From: a virus
Length of the DNA: 64,000 bases
UHGV virus genome: UHGV-1351569
Direction: 5' to 3' (one strand)
Position 1 is the first letter of the stretch; every line of letters starts with the position of its first letter. Of the stretch, positions 43,753 through 54,756 are shown piece by piece. The notes under the pieces were generated by a model, which saw only the letters and a list, made by a program, of their open reading frames with translations, searched no databases and was not told the origin of the DNA. Both the position numbers and the translations under genes were made by a program.

Positions 43753-44651
43753 GTGAGGAAAATATGTCAGTAGTAATTAATAATGTCAATGCAGTAATTA
43801 AATCTTTAGTTAATAAAAAATTGAATGAATGGACTGTACTTCGTCGTGGAGAGCCAGATAAATTTTTTCATAGATTTAACCCAACTTTGGATTTGAATGT
43901 TATTGACAGAGATGTTCATGCTGAAATTTTAGATAAATTTAAAGTTGATATTGGGTTTGGATTAGATAAACATTTACAACGAACAAACGGGTCTGGAATG
44001 GGTTTATCTAATCGCATCATGAAAGCCCTTAATAAAATTGGAGCGTTGTCTCGTATTAATGCGAGTGAAATCCTTCGTAATTATAATAAAGGATATGACC
44101 TTTATGGTCGACTAATGCCAAAATTATCATTCGATCAAATGATTGCGGATTTGTGGGAAAATCAACGACGATTATTAGCATTGGGAGCTCGATTAGCTAA
44201 AGGTCTAGATAAACAAATGATTTTTAAGACCAATAATACAGAAGACCTTAAATGCTTTAAATTTAGTATTCGTGGCGATGATTATTACATCAGAACTCGC
44301 TCCACAGATTATGTCAATATGGGCCATCATCTCTGTTTAGCTTTTGAAGTTTTAAAAGAAGCTGGAACATTAGAATATACGTCTGGTACTAAATGCCCGA
44401 TTGGTTCAAATTGTATTTTGATTTATCGCCCGGATGAATCCAGTTCAACTAAATTGCCTACGAAACCTGTACCAGTTCGTAGTAATGAAAAACATTCTGA
44501 ACAAATTGATTATTTTAATAAGCAAATTGAAGAGCTGAATATTTCTATTCAACAGTATGACGATGAAATTTTCAGACTATCTGGATTGAGTAGTAAAGCT
44601 AAATCTGAGCGTGAAAAGTTAATTAAAATTGTCGATTTACTTAAATCTTAA
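43749..44651 (+). CDS. hypothetical protein with C-terminal coiled coil (array member 1)
   Basis: 300-aa ORF. Confidence 0.5.
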   Translation: MSEENMSVVINNVNAVIKSLVNKKLNEWTVLRRGEPDKFFHRFNPTLDLNVIDRDVHAEILDKFKVDIGFGLDKHLQRTNGSGMGLSNRIMKALNKIGALSRINASEILRNYNKGYDLYGRLMPKLSFDQMIADLWENQRRLLALGARLAKGLDKQMIFKTNNTEDLKCFKFSIRGDDYYIRTRSTDYVNMGHHLCLAFEVLKEAGTLEYTSGTKCPIGSNCILIYRPDESSSTKLPTKPVPVRSNEKHSEQIDYFNKQIEELNISIQQYDDEIFRLSGLSSKAKSEREKLIKIVDLLKS

Positions 44652-44659
44652 GGAACACC

Positions 44660-45688
44660 ATGAAAACTCGTTCTCAAATTGAAGATATGGTTCGTAACGC
44701 CAGCTATACTCGTGATGTTATGACATTTTTGTGCCAAAATAATTTAGACCCTGATAAAGTTAATCGTGTTATTCATCACTTTAAGTATACGAATAGCAGT
44801 GAATGGGTGCGTAATTTTAGTAAAGCGGGGTATATTACACAAATGACTGCTCGTGAGCAGCTCACCGATTTCTGTAAAACTATTGATTATAAAAATCCTC
44901 TATTTGTTCAAGGCGTTGGTCAAAGTAAGGTCGATTTATCAACAGGATTTTTTAATCCAAATCATTATCGTATTGAATGGAGATTTATTGCTCTATTCCG
45001 TAAACAATTAAAGCAAATTTTGTCTACTGCTAGTCGATTAAAAGGTTCTGATATTAACTTAAAGAATCTGAAATTTGATGGTTATACTCTTCAGATGGAA
45101 GTAAGACCATTAAAAGAAAATAACAGAACTGCACGAATTAGCTTTAAACCTAATACAAAAAATTCTCTTTCAATTTGCGAATGCCTTAAATCGCAGTTGA
45201 CAGAAGCATTTAAGTATATGGATGTTGTTGCTGCTGTTCAGTCTAAGATTTCACAACATTTCGAACGATTTAAATTAGACACAACAACATATGAACTTGA
45301 TATGATCGTTTCATTTAAATATGAATTTTTGAGAAAGGACGAAGTTACACAAGAGAAAAAGCAAGAAGTGCAAGATAACTTAAATTTAAATTTATCCAAT
45401 TACTCATCAAACGATCCTAAATTTTGGATGTATAGTTCAGGTAATAAGGATGCATGGAAATTCAATAAAGTGAATTTTCTTCCTGTTGAAAATCCGAGTC
45501 TTAAACCTGTTGAAAAATGGCATGCAGATGCGATTGAGAAGTCTATCAAGGCAGTAGATGATGAACTCGTTAAAGCAACTAATGAAGTGCTAGAAGCTGA
45601 AAAGATGCTAGAAAAAGCTCAAGAAAAAGTCAAAAATCTCACGAAGCAACGTTCTAAACTGAACAATGCACTAAATGCACTGAACTAG
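44660..45688 (+). CDS. hypothetical protein with C-terminal coiled coil (array member 2)
   Basis: 342-aa ORF. Confidence 0.5.
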   Translation: MKTRSQIEDMVRNASYTRDVMTFLCQNNLDPDKVNRVIHHFKYTNSSEWVRNFSKAGYITQMTAREQLTDFCKTIDYKNPLFVQGVGQSKVDLSTGFFNPNHYRIEWRFIALFRKQLKQILSTASRLKGSDINLKNLKFDGYTLQMEVRPLKENNRTARISFKPNTKNSLSICECLKSQLTEAFKYMDVVAAVQSKISQHFERFKLDTTTYELDMIVSFKYEFLRKDEVTQEKKQEVQDNLNLNLSNYSSNDPKFWMYSSGNKDAWKFNKVNFLPVENPSLKPVEKWHADAIEKSIKAVDDELVKATNEVLEAEKMLEKAQEKVKNLTKQRSKLNNALNALN

Positions 45689-45717
45689 TTTACTTTACCA
45701 CAGGGATGTGGTATAAT
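45688..45717 (+). promoter_or_regulatory. early promoter
   Basis: GTTTAC ... TGGTATAAT. Confidence 0.55.
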
Positions 45718-45745
45718 GTTCTTACTTTCTACTGAGGAGATTAAT

Positions 45746-46747
45746 ATGACTCGTAACGAATATATCAAATCATTCAATAGCGTTATTGATGATAAAGCTA
45801 TACCGATGTTTGGCCAAAATAGCGTTCTTTCTATTATCAATCAATGGCTCAATAGTGTTGATGCAAGTATTGTTTCTTCTACTAAATTTATTCATGAAAT
45901 TCGTAAAATTTCTAGCCGTGTAGATAAAGATGTTATCAAGAAAACCTTTAAAGAGTCTCGTCTTCTTTCATATTTGGTTAATCGGGATATTCTTGGTAAT
46001 TTTGGGAAAGAAATTAAACGAACCAAAGATGTAGTAGGATATAATTGGTTCGGTGATGTTAATTCTTATCATCTTAATAATAAAGAAGACCCTGAGAATA
46101 TTTTTACTCGTCGTTGGATTAGTAATTTCAGACTTTTCAAAGGACAGATTCTAAAATCAGCTTCTAAATTATGTTATGGCGATTATCGTCAAATTCATCC
46201 TTTGGCTTCTGATATGATTATCATAAAAGAATATGAACTTGATAAAAATAAAGTATCTATTTTTGTGAATTATGGATTTTTTACACCAGAAACTAACCAA
46301 AAGAATATTAATAAATTTTTCTCAATTGCTAGCACTATAACTCGTCAATTAGAGACCGCATTACTTTGTATGGAAACAGTAGAAAATATTCATACATATC
46401 CTTTTAAGAATATATGCGGATGGGAAGGATATAAAATTGTAATTAGTCTTCGTGAAGTGAAATGTGCTTATTCACCTACTGATAAAGAAATTTATCAACA
46501 AAAATGTGAGGAAATTGTGAATACTCCTAAAGAAGAAACTACCCTTGAGGAACTAATGGAATGTCTTGATGATTCACCTGAACCGGTAGAAATTCGTCCA
46601 GAAGTTATTGCATTAGAAAAAGCTTATAAAGAAGTTCTAGAAATTTCTAATAAAGCGCAGAAAGAATATGAGCAGGCTAAAAGGATTTGGGAAGAATCTG
46701 TTAATCGTCTTGATCGTCTGGAACAAGCTTTACAGTTAATTAAGTAA
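45746..46747 (+). CDS. hypothetical protein with C-terminal coiled coil (array member 3)
   Basis: 333 aa from RBS-supported ATG (GAGGAG). Confidence 0.5.
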   Translation: MTRNEYIKSFNSVIDDKAIPMFGQNSVLSIINQWLNSVDASIVSSTKFIHEIRKISSRVDKDVIKKTFKESRLLSYLVNRDILGNFGKEIKRTKDVVGYNWFGDVNSYHLNNKEDPENIFTRRWISNFRLFKGQILKSASKLCYGDYRQIHPLASDMIIIKEYELDKNKVSIFVNYGFFTPETNQKNINKFFSIASTITRQLETALLCMETVENIHTYPFKNICGWEGYKIVISLREVKCAYSPTDKEIYQQKCEEIVNTPKEETTLEELMECLDDSPEPVEIRPEVIALEKAYKEVLEISNKAQKEYEQAKRIWEESVNRLDRLEQALQLIK

Positions 46748-46799
46748 TTTAAAGCCAAGGATGGCTCGGAGTATAAACTATTAACCAAGTGAGAAGAAC

Positions 46800-47726
46800 A
46801 TGAAAACTCGTAAACATTATATTGATTATTTTGACAGTCTTATTACTAAACATCGTAATTATCAGATAGGACACAGAGCAGTAATCAATAATATTCTTCG
46901 TGATTTTTTAGACTATATTGGATGGGAAAACCATATTTGTAAAGATACACAAAATGCGTATTCACATTCTCTTGGTTCTTTGCTCGAGTGGTTCAAACGT
47001 TCCCGATTACTATCTTCTGTGATAGCTGTTAATAATGTTAAAAAATTTATGTATCCAAGCTACATTGAGACTAATGTATCAAATGCTAGTGTTGTTACAT
47101 TTAATATTATTAACGACGTGAAAAGAACTTATTTAGAAGAATGGTTTTCTAAAGATAGTAAAGAAAAATTTGCCAGTGAGTTTTCACACGAATTTAATAA
47201 TAATGTGAATATGCTTTTTAAGCATTCTCGTAGACTGTTTTGTCATGGCGATGACCGTACTATTAATGTAAATGTAAAAGATTGGGTTACGGCTAAATTC
47301 ATTCCATCATCACAGAATGGACCATTTGAATTGTCAATTATTGTTTGTGCTCCGCATGAAATATATAAAAATATTCCATATATGAAACCATGTGAAGCTA
47401 ATAAACATAATAAAACGATTCGTTCTTTGACTTATAATCTTCGTACGTTATTGTCTAAAATGGACGTAGTTGAATCCTTTGATGATAATACGAATTATGG
47501 TCTTTCACTATTTGAAACTAAAGTTGTTATTAAGTTAAAGGACCCTAGTAAATTTAAACCTACGCCAAAGCCCAATCGTGGGAATGATACTATGAAAGAA
47601 GAACGCGAATATCTCAGTGCTCGTTTGATTGAAGTTGAAAAACAGATTGAAGAGCATACTAAAGTTATTAAGGCTTTAACTGCCAAAGCAAATGGTTTAC
47701 GTGATGCTATTGAGGTACTGAAATGA
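46800..47726 (+). CDS. hypothetical protein with C-terminal coiled coil (array member 4)
   Basis: 308-aa ORF. Confidence 0.5.
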   Translation: MKTRKHYIDYFDSLITKHRNYQIGHRAVINNILRDFLDYIGWENHICKDTQNAYSHSLGSLLEWFKRSRLLSSVIAVNNVKKFMYPSYIETNVSNASVVTFNIINDVKRTYLEEWFSKDSKEKFASEFSHEFNNNVNMLFKHSRRLFCHGDDRTINVNVKDWVTAKFIPSSQNGPFELSIIVCAPHEIYKNIPYMKPCEANKHNKTIRSLTYNLRTLLSKMDVVESFDDNTNYGLSLFETKVVIKLKDPSKFKPTPKPNRGNDTMKEEREYLSARLIEVEKQIEEHTKVIKALTAKANGLRDAIEVLK

Positions 47727-48040
47727 AAAAGCGTTTATTAGAAGATATTGCAGCTTCAAGTAATTCCAGTCTAATTAAAATTATTATGGCTGGTGAAGAA
47801 GACGATCTGGAAATGCGTGGAAAGATTCATGGTTGTGACGATTTAGATTTTAAACCTCCAGCTTGGGATGCCATTATGGCTATGGTTGAACGTCGCGAAA
47901 GGGCTTCTAAAAGCGTTCCTAATTGTCCTGAATGCGGTACTGAACAGGTTCAATTAGTCCATTGGCAGACTAGTAATCTTCGTTATAAATGCCGTCATTG
48001 CAAACACCGATTTAACCGAGAAGAAAATGACCAAGCGTAA
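47723..48040 (+). CDS. small protein with C-terminal zinc-ribbon-like CxxC...CxxC
   Basis: NCPECG...CRHCKH. Confidence 0.45.
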   Translation: MKKRLLEDIAASSNSSLIKIIMAGEEDDLEMRGKIHGCDDLDFKPPAWDAIMAMVERRERASKSVPNCPECGTEQVQLVHWQTSNLRYKCRHCKHRFNREENDQA

Positions 48041-48254
48041 AGAATATATGGAGATTGCTGAAAAGGCAGTACGTGAATTAGCAATAGCATATTATAATGA
48101 ACATGGTAAATTTCCTGATAGATACAGCGTGCTTAAATCTGCTTTAACTCGTTCATATAAAAATATGCTATCAGAAGTAAGTGATATTATTACAAACATA
48201 AAGAACAAACGGGCCAAAGTCTTGATTACGACGAGACTTTTAAACAAGTACTAG
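48027..48254 (+). CDS. hypothetical protein
   Basis: 75-aa ORF. Confidence 0.45.
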   Translation: MTKRKEYMEIAEKAVRELAIAYYNEHGKFPDRYSVLKSALTRSYKNMLSEVSDIITNIKNKRAKVLITTRLLNKY

Positions 48255-48269
48255 GAATTAAGGAATAAT

Positions 48270-48533
48270 ATGTTTAAAGTATATGGTTATGATAGCAACA
48301 TCCATAAATGTGTGTATTGCGATAATGCAAAACGTCTTTTGACTGTGAAGAAACAGCCGTTTGAATTTATCAATATTATGCCGGAAAAAGGTGTTTTTGA
48401 TGATGAGAAAATCGCTGAGCTTCTGACGAAACTAGGTCGTGATACTCAAATTGGTTTGACAATGCCACAAGTATTTGCTCCTGATGGAAGTCATATTGGC
48501 GGATTTGACCAATTGCGGGAATACTTTAAATGA
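48270..48533 (+). CDS. nrdC: thioredoxin (glutaredoxin-like) NrdC
   Basis: 87 aa, MFKVYGYDSNIHKCVYCDNAKRLL... with CVYC redox motif. Confidence 0.9.
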   Translation: MFKVYGYDSNIHKCVYCDNAKRLLTVKKQPFEFINIMPEKGVFDDEKIAELLTKLGRDTQIGLTMPQVFAPDGSHIGGFDQLREYFK

Positions 48534-48745
48534 TGCTCGAAGGAACTGATTATATCCATGACTACCGCGGAAGCGCGGTATATGTAGGTGATGAGGTTGC
48601 AGTTTATTACGGGTATGGAACTTTGATGACAGCAAAGGTTATTCAAATTAAAAATAACCGTGCTAAACTCGAAGTTTATTATTCTAATGGTGAAAAGTCT
48701 ATTTCTAAGTGGAAATACGGCGATTGCATGGTCAAACTGGGGTAA
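48530..48745 (+). CDS. hypothetical protein
   Basis: 71-aa ORF. Confidence 0.45.
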   Translation: MMLEGTDYIHDYRGSAVYVGDEVAVYYGYGTLMTAKVIQIKNNRAKLEVYYSNGEKSISKWKYGDCMVKLG

Positions 48746-48928
48746 ATATGATTTACGATATTAATGTAGCAAGAGCTCCGTCAATGGTTACTATTCCAGC
48801 TGAAGAATTAGATCGTCTTCAGAAAATTGAAGAGCTTCTTTGGGAAATTGAATCTGATTTGCCATCAGGACTAGAATCCTGGATTGATTATGAAGAACTT
48901 AATAAATTGCGAAATTAATTGGTGAAAA

Positions 48929-49249
48929 ATGAATATTGAAAATAAATTAGATGTTGATGCAGTTCTGAGCGAAATCATCGAAGACCATGATGCATTTTCA
49001 GAAAATTATGATTTCGATTTTTCGGATTATCTTAAACCTGTCGAAATAGAAGACTGGGTGCAAGATGGTAAATGCCAATATCGTCAGTGTGTTTATTTTA
49101 GTCCAAAACATAACGTTCATGTGTCTGTAAATGAATCTCGTTCAGGTTCTTACCATTCTGACTGGTATTATGCAGTTCCGACTGTTGAACTAGTCGAGCC
49201 CCGTGAACGTGTAGTAACTCAGACAGTACGAGAATGGATTACGCTATAA
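48929..49249 (+). CDS. hypothetical protein
   Basis: 106-aa ORF. Confidence 0.45.
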   Translation: MNIENKLDVDAVLSEIIEDHDAFSENYDFDFSDYLKPVEIEDWVQDGKCQYRQCVYFSPKHNVHVSVNESRSGSYHSDWYYAVPTVELVEPRERVVTQTVREWITL

Positions 49250-49372
49250 AACCTTGGTGGGCGGCTAGATGGGAAACAGTAGAGCCAGAGCCGGAAGAAC
49301 CGGTTTACACTGATGAAGAAACAGTATATAATGAACCAACAATAAATGACTTAATTGATATGGAGATGGGAC

Positions 49373-49819
49373 ATGATTACAGTAGATAAGTGGTTTAGAA
49401 TTAATCGTGCTGATAAAGGGCTGTGTAATTACTGGCCGGAACTTAGTGCAGGTACTGTCTTTAAAGTTCGTGAACTTGCAAAAGAATGCGAAGATGATAT
49501 AGAACCTGATACTGGAATTATTGAAATTGAACTTTCTGATGGAAAGATTATTAACATCTATGATAAGCCAATTACATATTGGTGCTTGTGGAATACCGAA
49601 TCAGTAGAAAATGGCGAAATTGAAGAAGTTGTAGAACGAGTTGATCAAGCTATTCATAAACCTAAAGCCGCTTTTCAAGGTGAACGCATTTCATATGCAT
49701 TATCTAAATCGGCGTTGAAAAAAGATATTGATGATTACGAAGGAAATTTAATGCAAGCCGCGGCAGAATATATTGAATGGCTTGAAACTCAAATTTCTTT
49801 TTCTGACCGAGCGTTTTAA
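49373..49819 (+). CDS. hypothetical protein
   Basis: 148 aa from first ATG (ORF track begins at TTG 49355). Confidence 0.45.
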   Translation: MITVDKWFRINRADKGLCNYWPELSAGTVFKVRELAKECEDDIEPDTGIIEIELSDGKIINIYDKPITYWCLWNTESVENGEIEEVVERVDQAIHKPKAAFQGERISYALSKSALKKDIDDYEGNLMQAAAEYIEWLETQISFSDRAF

Positions 49820-50036
49820 TGAAAACCGAATTAATTTATACTGAAAAGTTAAATGGTGGTAAGGTTTGGAAACTTTTTATTAAAGGAAGTCCTACTGACC
49901 CTAATATGACCACTTGTATAGGAACTTATTCTCGTCCTACTAAAAAGATGATTCGACAATATAAGCGATTGCATCGAATGTTTTACAATACTTGAAAATA
50001 ATAAATACCCTTATCTATTCAAGGTAAGGGTTTATT

Positions 50037-50510
50037 ATGTTATTGACTGGCAAATTATATAAAGAAGAAAAACAGAAATTTTATGATGCGCAAAACGGTA
50101 AATGCTTAATTTGCCAACGAGAACTAAATCCTGATGTTCAAGCTAATCACCTTGACCATGACCATGAATTAAATGGACCAAAAGCAGGAAAGGTACGTGG
50201 ATTGCTCTGTAATCTCTGTAATGCTGCAGAAGGTCAAATGAAGCATAAATTCAATCGTTCTGGCTTAAAGGGACAAGGTGTTGATTATCTTGAATGGCTA
50301 GAAAATTTACTTACTTATTTAAAATCCGATTACACCCAAAATAATATTCACCCTAACTTCGTTGGAGATAAATCAAAGGAATTTTCTCGTTTAGGAAAAG
50401 AGGAAATGATGGCTGAGATGCTTCAAAGAGGATTTGAATATAATGAATCTGACACTAAAACACAATTAATAGCTTCATTTAAGAAGCAGCTTAGAAAGAG
50501 TTTAAAATGA
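50037..50510 (+). CDS. 49: endonuclease VII (Holliday junction resolvase)
   Basis: 157 aa, zinc site CLICQ...CNLCN and HDHELNGPKAGKVRG catalytic region. Confidence 0.9.
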   Translation: MLLTGKLYKEEKQKFYDAQNGKCLICQRELNPDVQANHLDHDHELNGPKAGKVRGLLCNLCNAAEGQMKHKFNRSGLKGQGVDYLEWLENLLTYLKSDYTQNNIHPNFVGDKSKEFSRLGKEEMMAEMLQRGFEYNESDTKTQLIASFKKQLRKSLK

Positions 50511-51044
50511 CAATTGAAAAAGAAATTGAAGGATTGATTCATAAAACTAATAAAGACCTTTTAAACGAGAATGCTAATAAAGATTCTCGTGTTTTTCCAA
50601 CTCAACGGGACCTTATGGCTGGTATTGTGTCTAAACACATTGCCAAAAATATGGTCCCGTCTTTTATTATGAAAGCGCATGAAAGCGGAATTATCCATTT
50701 CCATGATATTGATTATTCCCCTGCTCTTCCATTTACTAATTGCTGTTTAGTAGATTTAAAAGGAATGCTTGAAAACGGATTTAAGCTCGGTAATGCACAG
50801 ATTGAAACTCCTAAATCAATCGGCGTTGCTACTGCAATTATGGCACAAATTACTGCACAGGTTGCTTCCCACCAATATGGCGGAACGACTTTTGCGAATG
50901 TAGATAAAGTACTTTCTCCTTATGTTAAACGCACCTATGCAAAACATATTGAGGATGCAGAAAAATGGCAAATCGCTGATGCGTTGAATTATGCTCAATC
51001 CAAAACAGAAAAAGATGTCTATGATGCATTCCAGGCGTATGAGT
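50507..51044 (+). CDS. nrdD: anaerobic ribonucleotide reductase NrdD, exon 1 (3' boundary approximate)
   Basis: N-terminal NrdD sequence; reading frame terminates just inside the intron. Confidence 0.75.
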
Positions 51045-52077
51045 TAATTTAATTCAGGCTCATGTAAAACCGGTCTAAACGGGGAACCTCTCTAGTAGAC
51101 AATCCCGTGCTAAATGTTCTTTTGAACTAAATGCCTAACGACTAACCGTGATGAATGTAGCGGTGTAGAATAGAAGCTAATGCTATTCGAAACGGCCGGC
51201 ATCGAAAGATGAAGATATAGTCTAATCTGCATGGCGACATGCAGCAGTCATCTTGTATAAATAAGATTATCTTATGAATACGAGGTGAAACAATGAAATG
51301 GATAAAAAGACGTTGTACTAAAATAAAAGATAAAGACGCATTTACATACTTAGTTAAGTTTTCTAATGGCGACATTTATATCGGTTATAAAAAAGTTAGA
51401 ACAATTAAAAACAAGCCCACAAACTGGAAAACTTACACAACGTCATCTAAGTATATAAATGAACGCTTAAAAACTGATACACCTACTAAATGGATAATTT
51501 TAAAAACATTTGATAGTTATAAAGACGCATTAAAACATGAAGAAGAGGTCATACGTAAATATTTTTATAGCAAAAAATGTTTAAATAAATCCATAGGCGG
51601 TAAAAAGTTTTATAAGCATCCGGATACTGAAGAACATATTCAAAAATTAAGAGATGCTCATAAGGGTAAAGTGTTATCCGAATCTCATAAAAACAATATA
51701 AAATCTTCTGTAGCTGAATATTATGCTAAAAACGGAAGATCTAAGGAACATGTGCAAAATAATATCAATAGTCGAAAAAGTAAAAAACAAGTATCGATAA
51801 AGCTTAAAAATAAAACTTTTAGAAGTTTTAAAAAAGCGGCGGAATATTTAAATTGCACTGAAAGTGAAGTCGAAACTCATCCTCTTGTTTTGAGTATTAA
51901 GACTACTATTCATAAAGTTCCTGAATATGTGGTTGTTGACGGTATTAAGTATACGTCTTATATAGAAGCAGCTAAAGCGCTAAATTTTCATCCTAGCACT
52001 ATAAAAGAACGTTGCGTATCTATGGACTATCCAAATTTTGTTGTTTCATATAAACGGGCATGAATTTGCGACTCATG
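51045..52077 (+). mobile_element. group I self-splicing intron in nrdD carrying a homing endonuclease ORF (boundaries +/-10 nt)
   Basis: about 1.03 kb interrupts nrdD between ...DAFQAYE and EYNDEVNTLF...; contains a free-standing ORF. Confidence 0.7.
51293..52063 (+). CDS. intron-encoded homing endonuclease I-TevII-like
   Basis: 256-aa basic ORF inside the nrdD intron with degenerate GIY-YIG-like N-terminus (YLVKFSNGDIYIGYKK). Confidence 0.75.
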   Translation: MKWIKRRCTKIKDKDAFTYLVKFSNGDIYIGYKKVRTIKNKPTNWKTYTTSSKYINERLKTDTPTKWIILKTFDSYKDALKHEEEVIRKYFYSKKCLNKSIGGKKFYKHPDTEEHIQKLRDAHKGKVLSESHKNNIKSSVAEYYAKNGRSKEHVQNNINSRKSKKQVSIKLKNKTFRSFKKAAEYLNCTESEVETHPLVLSIKTTIHKVPEYVVVDGIKYTSYIEAAKALNFHPSTIKERCVSMDYPNFVVSYKRA

Positions 52078-53369
52078 CCGAATATAATGATGAAGTAAAT
52101 ACACTTTTCAGCTCTAATGGACAAACGCCTTTTGTAACAATTACGTTTGGTACGGGAACTGACTGGACTGAACGAATGATTCAGAAAGCAATTCTGAAAA
52201 ATCGTATTAAAGGTCTTGGTCGCGATGGGATAACTCCTATTTTCCCTAAGCTTGTTATGTTCGTTGAAGAAGGTGTTAATCTTTATAAAGATGACCCGAA
52301 CTATGATATTAAACAGCTTGCTCTAGAGTGCGCAAGCAAAAGAATGTATCCTGACATCATTTCGGCTAAGAACAATAAAGCTATCACCGGTTCATCTATT
52401 CCTGTTTCTCCAATGGGTTGCCGCAGTTTCTTGAGCGTATGGAAAGATTCGACTGGTAATGAAATTCTTGATGGACGTAATAATCTTGGCGTTGTAACAC
52501 TGAATCTTCCTCGCATCGCGTTAGATTCTTATATTGGAACACAGTTCAATGAACAGAAATTTGCCGAATTGTTCAATGAACGAATGGATTTATGTTTTGA
52601 AGCTTTGATGTGTAGAATTAGTTCCTTAAAAGGAGTTAAAGCGACTGTTGCTCCTATTCTTTATCAAGAAGGTGCATTCGGGGTTCGTCTTAAACCAGAT
52701 GACGACATAATTGAGTTATTTAAAAACGGTAGAAGTTCAGTGTCTTTGGGATACATTGGTATTCACGAATTGAATATTCTTGTCGGTCGTGATATTGGGC
52801 AGGAAATTTTGACTAAAATGAATGCTCATCTTAAGCAGTGGACTGAAAGAACCGGTTTTGCTTTTAGTTTGTATTCTACACCTGCTGAAAACCTGTGCTA
52901 TCGCTTCTGTAAACTTGATACCGAAAAATATGGAAGTGTAAAGGATGTTACTGATAAAGGCTGGTACACTAACAGTTTCCATGTTTCAGTAGAAGAAAAT
53001 ATCACTCCGTTTGAAAAGATTTCTCGTGAAGCGCCATATCATTTCATTGCGACAGGTGGTCACATTTCTTATGTTGAACTTCCTGATATGAAAAATAACT
53101 TAAAAGGTCTTGAGGCTGTATGGGATTATGCTGCACAACATTTAGATTATTTTGGCGTTAACATGCCAGTAGATAAATGTTTTACGTGTGGAAGTACCCA
53201 TGAAATGACTCCTACTGAAAACGGGTTTGTTTGTTCTATTTGTGGAGAAACTGATCCTAAAAAGATGAACACAATAAGAAGAACTTGTGGTTATTTGGGA
53301 AATCCGAACGAACGTGGATTTAATCTTGGCAAAAATAAAGAAATCATGCATAGGGTTAAACACCAATGA
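52078..53369 (+). CDS. nrdD: anaerobic ribonucleotide reductase NrdD, exon 2 (5' boundary approximate)
   Basis: C-terminal glycyl radical motif RRTCGYLG and zinc ribbon CFTCGS...CSICG. Confidence 0.8.
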
Positions 53370-53836
53370 ATTATGATAGATTTTATCCTTGCGATTTTGT
53401 GAATGGCCCTGGATGCAGGGTCGTTCTTTTCGTTACAGGTTGTTTGCATAAATGTGAAGGGTGTTATAATAAATCAACATGGAATGCTAGAAATGGCGTT
53501 CCATTCACTGGTGAAACACTAGAACAATTAATTGAATGTTTGAATAATGATTATATAGAAGGATTAACTATAACTGGAGGTGACCCTCTTTATCCTGATA
53601 ACCGAGATGTTATTCATTGCATTGTTCAAACAGTAAAAAATCTTTATCCGAATAAAAGCATTTGGTTGTGGACCGGATATAAGTTTGAGGATATTAAACA
53701 ACTAGAAATGCTTAAATATGTTGATGTTATTATTGATGGGAAGTATGAGAAAAATCTTCCGACCAAAAAGCTGTGGCGAGGATCAGATAATCAGCGACTT
53801 TGGTCAAATACCGATGGGGTGTGGAAACATGATTAA
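53366..53836 (+). CDS. nrdG: anaerobic RNR activating enzyme NrdG (radical SAM)
   Basis: 156 aa, CxxxCxxC (CLHKCEGC) cluster. Confidence 0.9.
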   Translation: MNYDRFYPCDFVNGPGCRVVLFVTGCLHKCEGCYNKSTWNARNGVPFTGETLEQLIECLNNDYIEGLTITGGDPLYPDNRDVIHCIVQTVKNLYPNKSIWLWTGYKFEDIKQLEMLKYVDVIIDGKYEKNLPTKKLWRGSDNQRLWSNTDGVWKHD

Positions 53837-53950
53837 ATTGAATTATATTATGGACACTATAAATGATATGATTTTTCATTTTGGTCCAGAATTTTATTCG
53901 CAATATAGTTTAGTGCTTATCAATGCTTGGTTAATCAATTAAGGGTAAAT

Positions 53951-54163
53951 ATGTATAAATTTCGTAAAGGTTTAGCTGATTTTCTTACAACCGTAACGTT
54001 CTTTTTGTTTATGGCAGTTGGTGCTATTTTTCTTATTCCTTTTATTGCTATATTTTTCGTGATTAGCTTAATTTCTCCAGAAAAAGGCTTATCTTCTAGC
54101 GAATTCAATGAGCGTCTGGATAAAATTACTAACAAGCTTAATGCTGCTCTTAGTAAGGAATAG
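53951..54163 (+). CDS. small membrane protein
   Basis: 70 aa, hydrophobic helix. Confidence 0.4.
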   Translation: MYKFRKGLADFLTTVTFFLFMAVGAIFLIPFIAIFFVISLISPEKGLSSSEFNERLDKITNKLNAALSKE

Positions 54164-54165
54164 TT

Positions 54166-54474
54166 GTGAAACAAAACAAGATTGAAGTCTATGGAATTCC
54201 AGATGAAGTAGGTCGTTGTCCTGGATGTCAATCAGTTACAAAACTTTTAAAGGAGCTCAATGCTCCTTTTACTTTCTATAAAGTTCTTACAAATAATGGT
54301 AAGATTGAGTATGATCGTCCACTGATTGTATCTCTTGCTAAACGAGCTGGATTCGCATCTCTTAGCATTCGTTATCCAGTCATTTTCATCAATGATTCTA
54401 GACAAAAGAACATTAAACACTTCAAAGAAACTCTCATTTCACTTGGATATGATAGAGATATCATAGAAGACTAA
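54166..54474 (+). CDS. nrdH: glutaredoxin-like protein NrdH
   Basis: 102 aa, CPGC redox motif, GTG start after AAGGAA. Confidence 0.7.
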   Translation: MKQNKIEVYGIPDEVGRCPGCQSVTKLLKELNAPFTFYKVLTNNGKIEYDRPLIVSLAKRAGFASLSIRYPVIFINDSRQKNIKHFKETLISLGYDRDIIED

Positions 54475-54477
54475 GAC

Positions 54478-54499
54478 GGGCCCTCTGGGCCTTTCTTTC
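54478..54499 (+). terminator. hairpin GGCCC-tct-GGGCC plus U-rich tail
   Basis: short GC stem followed by TTTCTTTCT. Confidence 0.45.
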
Positions 54500-54572
54500 T
54501 CACATTCTGTATATTACCATTCTAAGCTATCGTTCCCTTCTTATCGTTCCCTAAAATAATTTTCACAAAGTT

Positions 54573-54602
54573 GTTTACAAGAAGTTCAAACTGTGGTATT
54601 AT
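54573..54602 (+). promoter_or_regulatory. early promoter with upstream TTTTCACAAAG element
   Basis: GTTTAC ... GGTATTAT. Confidence 0.55.
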
Positions 54603-54756
54603 TAACATATGAATTGCCTTTGAGGAATTGATATGGTTGATAAAGAGATTAAAAGGGATCAGTATTATCGTGTTAACGGACATATTGTTATTGTTACAGC
54701 AGTAGATGATCTAGATGTTCATTATACTGTACTTAAATGGAACAAACGCATGATTT

